Below, one piece after another: positions 30,451 through 38,565 of a stretch of 64,000 nt of DNA; position 1 is the first letter of the stretch, and every line of letters begins with the position of its first letter. The notes under the pieces were generated by a model. That model had not been told where the DNA came from. It made no database searches and saw only the letters and a list, made by a program, of their open reading frames with translations. A program made the translations under genes and the position numbers. Origin of the DNA: a virus (lineage: Duplodnaviria > Caudoviricetes); IMG/VR virus record IMGVR_UViG_3300034039_000011, positions 153-64,152 of that record. One strand, written 5' to 3'.

Positions 30451-31310
30451 AAATTTAATGATTTTTGTATATTAGACAATCTGTTTTTGGTTATATCACA
30501 ATATTCATAACTAATATCAGAACCTAACCATCTCCTATTTAAAATTTCACATTGTTTAGCAACAGTCCCGCTTCCCATGAAAGGATCGAATACCAAATCA
30601 TTTTCATTTGACCAAGAAATTATATGGTCATATGCCAATTGTTCAGGAAATGTGGCTGGATGTTGAAATGCAATATCATCTTTTTGACTAAAACCTTTCC
30701 CAACATTATATTTCCAAATGTTATATCTCATTCCATATTCAGACATAATTCTTCTCTTCTTTTCTACCAATTTACCGTCTTTTGTTCTTATAGTATTTCT
30801 TCCCCAACTAGTTTGTCCAGCATATTTATTTTTTTTATCTTTTATTGGATTAAATGTTTTTGGTTTTCCTTTGCTAAATATAAACATATATTCAAACACT
30901 TGATGGTATCTGTTGTGTGATGGTTTTGAAAATCCGTTTTTCGCATAAATCATTGTATCATGTATATTTAAACCACATTTTTCTTTAAAATATAATGCTT
31001 GTTTAAAACTGCTGCCAGTTTCGCTACCTTTTATCGTAGCATCACCGACAACCCACACAATAACACCACCATTTTTCAAAACTCTTGTTAATTCTTTTGC
31101 AATGTTTTTGAAAACATCAAAACACCATATTTCATCAATATTATTTTTATAACTTCTCAATGAATCGTATGGTGGTGATGTAACAACTAAATCAATTGTA
31201 TCTTCAGGGAAATTTTTCATTATTTCTAAGCAATCCCCACAGTATAAAATACCATTTTCTGTTTCAAAATGACGATTTTCATAGTTAAATGATTTTTTCC
31301 AACCTTTCAT
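30447..31310 (-). CDS. Beta-class N4C/N6A DNA methyltransferase
   Basis: TSPPY, HPATFP, DPFMGSGT. Confidence 0.92.
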   Translation of the reverse strand: MKGWKKSFNYENRHFETENGILYCGDCLEIMKNFPEDTIDLVVTSPPYDSLRSYKNNIDEIWCFDVFKNIAKELTRVLKNGGVIVWVVGDATIKGSETGSSFKQALYFKEKCGLNIHDTMIYAKNGFSKPSHNRYHQVFEYMFIFSKGKPKTFNPIKDKKNKYAGQTSWGRNTIRTKDGKLVEKKRRIMSEYGMRYNIWKYNVGKGFSQKDDIAFQHPATFPEQLAYDHIISWSNENDLVFDPFMGSGTVAKQCEILNRRWLGSDISYEYCDITKNRLSNIQKSLNL

Positions 31311-31331
31311 AAATTTAATTTTTAAAAATTT

Positions 31332-31625
31332 TCACAAATATTTGTTTATCAATTCTACAAGAATATCGCCATGACAAGGTTTTGGTTTGCACCAACAACC
31401 AAGTGTTTTGCCTTTTAGTTCATGAAGGTCTTTCAGAAGGTGCTTACCATCTCCTTCTGTAATCCATTCTCTGTATTTCTCAATAGCTTCTTCTCTTGAA
31501 GATACGACGTATTCCGCTTTAGTCTTTTTATCTTTTATGTGGGTAAACGGATTTCCCCACTTACTTGGTCTCCCAATATATACGTCGTACTTCTCTTTTT
31601 TGCAATGTACTACTTTTGTTTTCAT
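31332..31625 (-). CDS. DUF4326 protein
   Basis: VYIGRPSKWGNPF...LGCWCKPKPCHGD. Confidence 0.88.
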   Translation of the reverse strand: MKTKVVHCKKEKYDVYIGRPSKWGNPFTHIKDKKTKAEYVVSSREEAIEKYREWITEGDGKHLLKDLHELKGKTLGCWCKPKPCHGDILVELINKYL

Positions 31626-31713
31626 AGAATTATAAAATTAAATCTCTTGGTTAGGCATCGCCAGGATTCTGTTTTAATAATAAGACGACACTTCAGCCAA
31701 GAGCTTGTGTTAT

Positions 31714-32241
31714 TTATTGTTTATTTATACTCTCAAATATTATATCTTTTGGTAACAGTTTCCAACAGAAATAACTTGTATTAAACCAGCATCCTGTTTT
31801 TGTTTCCTTACCTGGTGTCACGTCATAAAACTCAATTCTTCTGTCTAAAACAATAAGCTGTAAACCATACTTTCTATACAGTTTGTTTCTCTTTATCCCT
31901 TCAAGAGTTGTAATCGGAAGTAGCAGTGCGAATGGTTTGCCAAGTTCGTAACACCTTTCAAGAATCTTGTCTTTAATAGAATACGGAGGGTTGCTTATTA
32001 TTATATCGAAATCATTTGGTTGATATTCAAAGAAGTCTTGTTTATAGTTTATATGTGTATGTATAACATCATTTCCGTTTTCTTTTAACAGCTTGACATA
32101 GTTTGAATCTTCAGTATCAAATGGACACCAAATTTTTGCATGTTTAGGAATATACTTTAGTAATGGAAATATAGCATAATCTGGTGTATATACTTCATCA
32201 GAAATTTCGTTTTTTGAATAGTTTATTAATGCTTGTTTCAT
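31714..32241 (-). CDS. Small phage-type N6-adenine DNA methyltransferase
   Basis: DEVYTP, IWCPFD, DFF, SNPPYS. Confidence 0.8.
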   Translation of the reverse strand: MKQALINYSKNEISDEVYTPDYAIFPLLKYIPKHAKIWCPFDTEDSNYVKLLKENGNDVIHTHINYKQDFFEYQPNDFDIIISNPPYSIKDKILERCYELGKPFALLLPITTLEGIKRNKLYRKYGLQLIVLDRRIEFYDVTPGKETKTGCWFNTSYFCWKLLPKDIIFESINKQ

Positions 32242-32269
32242 AATATATTTTTAAATTGGTTTACATTAT

Positions 32270-32277
32270 CAAATATA
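32270..32277 (-). promoter_or_regulatory. Bacteroidota-type -7 promoter element (TATATTTG)
   Basis: TAnnTTTG about 30 nt upstream of the 32241 start codon. Confidence 0.55.
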
Positions 32278-32298
32278 CAAAAAAAATAAGAATAAACA

Positions 32299-32646
32299 TC
32301 ATTTATTTCTGTTTTTTTTAAAATTTTCAAGCAATCTTTCAATATTTTCTTTTCCAACAGAATTTGCTGAATGTACATTATATTCAGGCAAATCCAAATT
32401 ATTGTCCAAACAATAATTAACTAACCATTTGGCACAATCATAACCAGTATATTCCTTCCCATTTTTATAATCTCCCAAATCATGGTCAAAAGATATGAAA
32501 TCTGGGAGACCATTCTTTTTTATATAATTAACAAATTCATCATAAGATTTAGCCCAATAAACCTTATTTCTAATTGCTCTACTGAAAGGAATCCAATGAT
32601 AAGGATCTCTCACATCATCAAGCCATAGTGTTACTTTTTTCTCCAT
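32299..32646 (-). CDS. Cyclic-phosphate-processing receiver-like (cREC) domain protein
   Basis: LWLDDVRDP, ISFDHDLG, TGYDCAKWL, VHSANSVG. Confidence 0.8.
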   Translation of the reverse strand: MEKKVTLWLDDVRDPYHWIPFSRAIRNKVYWAKSYDEFVNYIKKNGLPDFISFDHDLGDYKNGKEYTGYDCAKWLVNYCLDNNLDLPEYNVHSANSVGKENIERLLENFKKNRNK

Positions 32647-33568
32647 TCTCTTTTAACTTTGATAAGTTAATTAATAATTTTGAAAATCTATTACAAGAAT
32701 CAATTATATCTTCATCTTTGTTTAAATCCATTCTTATTAAAAATGTTTGCAAACCACTTATAATTATTTCATCTGGATAATCCGATTTAAATGATTTAAC
32801 TACCTCTCCAATATTAAAGTCTGAAATATTATATTCAAATGATTGTAGTTTATTTTTGTGAAAATGATATTCAAAAGAAACATCTTTTCTATCTAATCTT
32901 ATTACACCATCACTAATTTGGGTATAAAAATAGTTTTTTAATTTTTCTTCTATCAACACAATACCATAATTTTTAAATAAATTTTTAATGTGATTTTTAT
33001 AATGTTCTTCTTCACAATGAACATCCCATTCAGGTATTTCAATATTATTTTTTATACAATATTTAATTAACCATACAGCACAATCGTAACCGTTTTTATT
33101 ATCAATATTATTATTTGATAAATCATAATCAAATGAAACGTATTCAGGGATTCCATTGGTTTTTATATGATCGACAAATTGAGTATATGAATTAACCCAA
33201 ACTACTGTATTAGTAAAAAATTTTGCTTTTTTATAATATCTTCTTGGATTTATTTTATCATCCAACCATAAAGTTATATCTCTATTAATATCTTTATCTC
33301 CAATATTATTTCCATATTTTTTCTTATATGTTTCTTTTATTTCCAAAACTTTTCCAAATAATTTATAATTATTTATTTTTGTTATGAATTTATAATTAAA
33401 ACCTTTTCCATTACAATCCAAACACCTGATTCTTTCACCATCAACTATGCGAATAAAACCATCACCATAACAAGTATGGCACATTTTTTCAAATGAATAT
33501 TCTTCACCAGATATTTTTTTTCCAAAAGTTTTAAATAAAAATTTTGTTATTGTGTTCAACATATACAT
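32618..33568 (-). CDS. DnaJ-type Zn-finger plus divergent cREC domain protein
   Basis: CHTCYGDG and CLDCNGKG; LWLDDKINP, VSFDYDL, GYDCAVWL, VHCEE. Confidence 0.7.
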   Translation of the reverse strand: MYMLNTITKFLFKTFGKKISGEEYSFEKMCHTCYGDGFIRIVDGERIRCLDCNGKGFNYKFITKINNYKLFGKVLEIKETYKKKYGNNIGDKDINRDITLWLDDKINPRRYYKKAKFFTNTVVWVNSYTQFVDHIKTNGIPEYVSFDYDLSNNNIDNKNGYDCAVWLIKYCIKNNIEIPEWDVHCEEEHYKNHIKNLFKNYGIVLIEEKLKNYFYTQISDGVIRLDRKDVSFEYHFHKNKLQSFEYNISDFNIGEVVKSFKSDYPDEIIISGLQTFLIRMDLNKDEDIIDSCNRFSKLLINLSKLKENGEKSNTMA

Positions 33569-33573
33569 AAATA

Positions 33574-33867
33574 TTATAAACTAATTATTGAAAAACCTAT
33601 ATAATGTTTTATTAAAACTGTATCACCAATATTAAATTTTGAATATAAACCAAAAGAAACTTTCATTTCAGAACCATCACTAAAAGCAAATTTGTGAACA
33701 GGTTCTCTATTATAAAAATAAATTGTCTCTTTATTAATAATAACCTCTTTAGTTATGGTATAAGATGATTCTTGTTTGCAAGATAAGATATTTAAGTATA
33801 ATAAAATAAAAATATAAATAAAAATTTTAATATAAATAAATGTTTTAATATATTTCATTGTTAACAT
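33574..33867 (-). CDS. Hypothetical membrane protein or lipoprotein
   Basis: Hydrophobic N-terminus ending ILSC (lipobox-like). Confidence 0.5.
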   Translation of the reverse strand: MLTMKYIKTFIYIKIFIYIFILLYLNILSCKQESSYTITKEVIINKETIYFYNREPVHKFAFSDGSEMKVSFGLYSKFNIGDTVLIKHYIGFSIISL

Positions 33868-33936
33868 TTTTTCATATTATGTTTTAATATTGTTGATAAC
33901 AATATAAACCTTTAGTTTATGTAAAAAATATCATTA

Positions 33937-33944
33937 CAAATATA
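33937..33944 (-). promoter_or_regulatory. Bacteroidota-type -7 promoter element (TATATTTG)
   Basis: Intergenic TAnnTTTG in the sense orientation. Confidence 0.5.
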
Positions 33945-33967
33945 TAAAAAATACCAATTTAAAATCA

Positions 33968-34219
33968 TTATTCCAAATTAGTTTTAATAATTTCACATTC
34001 TACATTCCTATATACATTATCAAGATAACCAATTTCATTGCACATTTTAACATACTCTCCACAATTTCTCCATGTGTTTAATTTAATAAAAGTGTTGTTT
34101 GCTTTTTCAACATATTTTTCTGCTTTTTCCTTGTCTCTTGTGGCAAACAAAACTTTTTTATCCACAATATCATAAGAATCAGAAATGTTCAGACAAACCA
34201 CATATATAATTTCTTTCAT
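33968..34219 (-). CDS. Hypothetical protein
   Basis: 83 aa ORF. Confidence 0.6.
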   Translation of the reverse strand: MKEIIYVVCLNISDSYDIVDKKVLFATRDKEKAEKYVEKANNTFIKLNTWRNCGEYVKMCNEIGYLDNVYRNVECEIIKTNLE

Positions 34220-34246
34220 AATATTTAGTTATTTATATTTAATGAA

Positions 34247-34747
34247 TCAAACATCAAATAAATAAACTTTATCATTGGATGGATTAAAAAACACGTCAAT
34301 ATGTACCCAAGAAATTGGTTTTCCTTTCATATTATGTTCTAATCTTACATGGTAAGGCAATTCATTTTCCATTTCCTTCAGCCACATTCTAACTTCTTCA
34401 GCACTCATTCCTTTTGCATCAAAATCCACTGCCTTGCCCATAGTATGAGCAGATAAATACATTTTACCAGACTTGGTTTTTTTGCTTACTATATCAGATG
34501 TATTTTCTCTTAAACCTCTTTGTGAAAAATTACCACCCCATTTCCAATTATTAATTGTCATAGGCTTGTCAAGATTTGTTCTAATCCATAAAATAGTTTT
34601 CAACAATCTTGGACATATAAATTGCCAAGAAGTCTCCCCATATCTATTATATACATTTGGTGATACAAACTCTTCCACACAGAAATATTTTTTAATCTCT
34701 TTTATTAATTCTAAATCAGTTAAATTTAAAATTTCTTCTTTTTTCAT
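34247..34747 (-). CDS. Peptidase M15-family peptidoglycan hydrolase (candidate endolysin)
   Basis: SAHTMGKAVDF (HxxxxAxD) and WVHID zinc ligands. Confidence 0.82.
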   Translation of the reverse strand: MKKEEILNLTDLELIKEIKKYFCVEEFVSPNVYNRYGETSWQFICPRLLKTILWIRTNLDKPMTINNWKWGGNFSQRGLRENTSDIVSKKTKSGKMYLSAHTMGKAVDFDAKGMSAEEVRMWLKEMENELPYHVRLEHNMKGKPISWVHIDVFFNPSNDKVYLFDV

Positions 34748-34775
34748 AATTTATAATTTTAAAATTTGTTATTTA

Positions 34776-35162
34776 TTAAAGTTTATAACGTAATATTCTC
34801 TCTTCTAATTCTAAAATCTTTAATTCCATTTCATTTACAATGTTTTCAAGATTGTTTTTTTCATATCTCAATTCTTCAATTATTGATTCGTATTGGTTAA
34901 TTTGAGATTTTAAATCATCAACGGTTTCATATAATTCATTACCCCAATCTCTGAGTATGCTATTTGCATTGCGAACTTCTTCAATATAATCAACTGCATC
35001 TTCTATATATTCAAGTGAAGATTTTAGTTCATATTCGTATTCTATGTCATTTTCTTTTATTAATATATCTTTTATTTCTTCCTTTGCTTCTTTCAAATAA
35101 TCTAATATTTTATCTATAGTATTACATGTAGGTTCTACAGGGGCATTATCAAAACGGCTCAT
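34776..35162 (-). CDS. Hypothetical coiled-coil protein
   Basis: 128 aa, heptad-rich. Confidence 0.65.
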   Translation of the reverse strand: MSRFDNAPVEPTCNTIDKILDYLKEAKEEIKDILIKENDIEYEYELKSSLEYIEDAVDYIEEVRNANSILRDWGNELYETVDDLKSQINQYESIIEELRYEKNNLENIVNEMELKILELEERILRYKL

Positions 35163-35539
35163 AGTAAAAATTTTTTTGTTAAAATAATATCAATATTTTC
35201 AATAAGTTTTTCAAAAATAAAAAAATATTTTATAATTGATAAATCATCATCATTATAAAAAGGAACATTGTATTTTAAAATAAATTTATTATCTGAAAAT
35301 TCAACCATAAGGTCATTTTCATAACAAAATTTAACAATATCACCAGTTATATTATAAGATGTCAATTCTTTTTCACCAGTATAAAAAAATAAATTATCAC
35401 AATTAAAATAAATAATATCAGTTTCAGATGTAGTTTCAATGCTAATATAAGAATTATGTTCTTTGACTTTTAATCCTAAATTTTTAAATTTTTCGACTAA
35501 AGAAGAACACATAATATACATTTTATTTTTTATTTTCAA
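35159..35539 (-). CDS. Hypothetical protein
   Basis: 126 aa ORF overlapping its neighbours. Confidence 0.55.
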   Translation of the reverse strand: MKIKNKMYIMCSSLVEKFKNLGLKVKEHNSYISIETTSETDIIYFNCDNLFFYTGEKELTSYNITGDIVKFCYENDLMVEFSDNKFILKYNVPFYNDDDLSIIKYFFIFEKLIENIDIILTKKFLL

Positions 35540-35711
35540 CTGCTTTCAAGCCATTAATTGGATTTTCAAGCAAGTTTATTTTTTTTCCACTAAAATTATA
35601 TATTGCTGAATATATAATATTTTCAGTTACACTATCTATCACAACTTGATGGAAATTACCATCATTTAATTTAGCTATTACAAAAATTTTTTCAATTTTT
35701 TTATTTTCCAT
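35523..35711 (-). CDS. Hypothetical protein
   Basis: 62 aa coupled ORF. Confidence 0.55.
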   Translation of the reverse strand: MENKKIEKIFVIAKLNDGNFHQVVIDSVTENIIYSAIYNFSGKKINLLENPINGLKAVENKK

Positions 35712-35913
35712 TTTCTTCTATTTTTTTGTTTTTGCGAATATAATAATCTTCTATTGCTTTTGCTAATGAAATAAAACTATCTGGTTCAAATCTTGCAATT
35801 AAAACATCATCATAAACTAAATCAATGGTTGAATGTGGTGAATCTATACAAAAAGAAATGTCATCAAATTCACCATTATCATTTACAAAACCATTTATTT
35901 TTAATTCAAACAT
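35701..35913 (-). CDS. Hypothetical protein
   Basis: 70 aa ORF just downstream of a host-type promoter. Confidence 0.6.
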   Translation of the reverse strand: MFELKINGFVNDNGEFDDISFCIDSPHSTIDLVYDDVLIARFEPDSFISLAKAIEDYYIRKNKKIEENGK

Positions 35914-35936
35914 ATTATTATTTTTTTTATTTAATG

Positions 35937-35967
35937 CAAATATATAAAAAAAAATTATATTATCAAA
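35937..35967 (-). promoter_or_regulatory. Bacteroidota primary-sigma promoter TTTG-N19-TATATTTG
   Basis: TTTG at 35967-35964, a 19-nt spacer, then TATATTTG at 35944-35937, 23 nt upstream of the 35913 ATG. Confidence 0.75.
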
Positions 35968-36142
35968 TAAAATTTAAAAATTTTAAATAAAAAACAGTGC
36001 TAACCTGAACCAAAAGACCAGTTAAAAGCGGTATTTTTCTTTCATCTTTAAACCAAAAATCAATATTGATAATGCACAAACACAAATATATAATACCTAT
36101 TATTGGAATATTCCACACTATCTTTTTAAAAGTTTCTTCCAT
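35963..36142 (-). CDS. Small membrane protein (likely start MEETFKK at 36142)
   Basis: Two hydrophobic segments; the longer start at 36181 lies inside the IS end. Confidence 0.5.
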   Translation of the reverse strand: MEETFKKIVWNIPIIGIIYLCLCIINIDFWFKDERKIPLLTGLLVQVSTVFYLKFLNFI

Positions 36143-36213
36143 AATGAAAATCAAATTTATATGACGGAGCGTAAAACCCACCCATCAGAACGTGGGTGGG
36201 ATGTAAGCGACCA

Positions 36214-36615
36214 CTAACCTTGTGATAAGATATACTGACGTATTGTTTCTGGTGATGCTTCACCTATTGAACAGACAAAATAACCATCACTCCATAAGAG
36301 ACGCTGATACCAATAATATTGACGTAATGTAGTATGATGTAACAGCCATAACTGACGAGTAGATTCTTGTTTTAACCTACGGACTAATTGAGAAACAGAT
36401 ATACGTGGTATATACCTAATTAAGAAATGTACGTGATTAATGTCGCTTTCCATAACTTCAATTTCAAAATCTGAATTATCAGCTATGGAACTGAATATAT
36501 CTTTTAAATCATCATTTAACTGACCGACTAAGATATTTCTACGATACTTGGTTACTAAGATTAAATGACATTTTAAGTAATGTTTTGAACGATTTGTACT
36601 GATGTAGTGAGACAT
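36214..36615 (-). CDS. tnpA: IS200-type Y1 HUH transposase
   Basis: HLILVTKYRR, HVHFL, LWSDGYF, IRQYI..Q. Confidence 0.95.
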   Translation of the reverse strand: MSHYISTNRSKHYLKCHLILVTKYRRNILVGQLNDDLKDIFSSIADNSDFEIEVMESDINHVHFLIRYIPRISVSQLVRRLKQESTRQLWLLHHTTLRQYYWYQRLLWSDGYFVCSIGEASPETIRQYILSQG

Positions 36616-36740
36616 ATTGTGGAAGTTTTTTACCCGAAGACGGAAACTTTTACAATATGTTGAACGGCATTTTACAGAAAAAATAAAAAAACTTTAAAAT
36701 GAAAGCAACTTTTTGTATATTTGTACGTATTTAATAATAT

Positions 36741-37913
36741 ATGTTGAAGTCATTTAAATATAGAATTTCACCTACGAAGGCACAAGCCGAACTAATCAAT
36801 AAGCATATTGGTAGTTCAAGGTTTGTGTATAACCTTGCGTTGGAGACCAAAACAATGGCTTACGCTGGTAATCAAATAAACCTATCTTGTTTTGACCTAA
36901 TCAAACAATTGCCAGATTTAAAGAAAGAATGTACTTGGTTAAAAGAAATTAATTCTCAATCATTACAAGCACCAATAAGAAATTTGGATAATGCTTTCAC
37001 AAGATTTTACAAAGGACAAGGGAACTTTCCTAAATATAAATCTAAAAGAAGCGGTAAACAATCATTCCATATCCCACAAAATGTAATTGTAGAGAATGGG
37101 AAGTTAATCATTCCTAAATTTAAAGAGGGAATTGATATTGTATTACATAGAGAAACCAAAGGTGTAATTAAATCAGCAACTATATCAAGAACACCAACAG
37201 GTAAATACTTTGTTTCTATTCTTTGTGATACTAAAGAAGAAATACCAACTAAAGCATCAATAACCGAAAGTACGACTATTGGTATCGACTTAGGAATTAA
37301 AGACTTTGCAATTACATCAAAAGGTGAAGTTTTTGAAAATCCAAAATACCTACGTAAAGCACAAAGTAAATTAAAATATGTACAACGTAAATATTCAAAA
37401 CACAAAGGTAAGCGTACTAAAAAGAAACTTGCCAAACTACACGAAGATGTAGTAAACAAGCGCAAAGATTTTTTACACAAAGTTTCAACTAAACTAATTC
37501 GTGAGAACCAAACGATAGCACTTGAAACTCTAGCTGTAAAGAATATTGTTAAAAACCACAATTTAGCACAATCTATTAGTGATGCAAGTTGGTCAACTTT
37601 TGTCTCTATGTTAGAATACAAGGCTGAATGGTATGGTAAAAATATCCTACGAATAGGGCGATTTGCACCATCATCAAAGACTTGCTCCTGCGGAGTAATC
37701 AACAAGGACTTAAAACTATCCGACAGAGAGTGGACTTGTAAGTCTTGTGGAACTACACACGATAGAGATATTTTAGCTGCTTGTAACATAAAATCTTTTG
37801 CCTTAAAAAATATCTTATCTGGAACGGATAGGAAAAATCAGGACGAACTGCCCACGTTGGTGGGAGTGTTGACTCCTGAAGCCCAACCCATCGCCTCTGG
37901 CGTGGGTGGGTAG
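36741..37913 (+). CDS. tnpB: TnpB RNA-guided nuclease
   Basis: RFVYN, GIDLG, IALETL, SSKTCSCG...CKSCG, HDRD..AACNI. Confidence 0.95.
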   Translation: MLKSFKYRISPTKAQAELINKHIGSSRFVYNLALETKTMAYAGNQINLSCFDLIKQLPDLKKECTWLKEINSQSLQAPIRNLDNAFTRFYKGQGNFPKYKSKRSGKQSFHIPQNVIVENGKLIIPKFKEGIDIVLHRETKGVIKSATISRTPTGKYFVSILCDTKEEIPTKASITESTTIGIDLGIKDFAITSKGEVFENPKYLRKAQSKLKYVQRKYSKHKGKRTKKKLAKLHEDVVNKRKDFLHKVSTKLIRENQTIALETLAVKNIVKNHNLAQSISDASWSTFVSMLEYKAEWYGKNILRIGRFAPSSKTCSCGVINKDLKLSDREWTCKSCGTTHDRDILAACNIKSFALKNILSGTDRKNQDELPTLVGVLTPEAQPIASGVGG

Positions 37914-37925
37914 TTCACATTTTTT

Positions 37926-38561
37926 TTAATTCCAGAAACCGTTTTTTTTCATATACCCCAGACAACAAGTATATGCATCACTCATATCAAAGTTTTCCTT
38001 TTTTAATTCACCTTTTTTGTTATAAATCCATTGAATATCATTTTCCTTTTCATTAACTTTCTCCCAAATTATTTTTTTCTTATCAACATTTTTATCATAT
38101 GCACCAAATAAGGTAGGTTTTATTTTATCAATATTTTTTTTCTTATTACCATTTGAATCATATATTCTTTTCCCCATTAGTTCAGGAAATGCATATTTTC
38201 TTGAATCGTATGATGATATAAAATCTGGTATTACTCCAGTATAATCATAACACGATTTTGATATTAATGAATTAAATCTTAATAATAAGCCAACGGTATT
38301 TATATTGTTTGATCTTAATAATGGTTCTTCTATTATTATTTTTTCAAAATCAAGATCAACGAATTTAACTAAAAATTGATTTTCAAAAATTTCTACTTTT
38401 CTAAATAATTCTTCAAGTTTATTTTCTGGTTTAGGTTTTACAATTAATTTAACATGTTTTAATAATATTAGTTTTCCTTCATTTCCAAGATTTTCAAAAA
38501 CTGCAACACCAATTGTGCTGGTTGAAACATCAAGTCCCATTATATACTTTTTTTTATCCAT
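37926..38561 (-). CDS. RuvC-like Holliday junction resolvase
   Basis: MGLDVSTSTIG, IIIEEP, DMSDAY. Confidence 0.75.
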   Translation of the reverse strand: MDKKKYIMGLDVSTSTIGVAVFENLGNEGKLILLKHVKLIVKPKPENKLEELFRKVEIFENQFLVKFVDLDFEKIIIEEPLLRSNNINTVGLLLRFNSLISKSCYDYTGVIPDFISSYDSRKYAFPELMGKRIYDSNGNKKKNIDKIKPTLFGAYDKNVDKKKIIWEKVNEKENDIQWIYNKKGELKKENFDMSDAYTCCLGYMKKNGFWN

Positions 38562-38565
38562 TTCT

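Larger units (their letters stand above)
36161..37918. mobile_element. IS200/IS605-family element with divergent tnpA and tnpB
   Basis: Left end follows TTTAT with a CCCACCCA/TGGGTGGG hairpin; right end has a similar hairpin and ends GTAGTTCAC; higher GC than the flanks. Confidence 0.88.

Noticed and set aside
37007-37789. 260-aa antisense ORF inside tnpB
   Set aside because: Shadow ORF opposite a clearly conserved gene, with no recognisable motifs.
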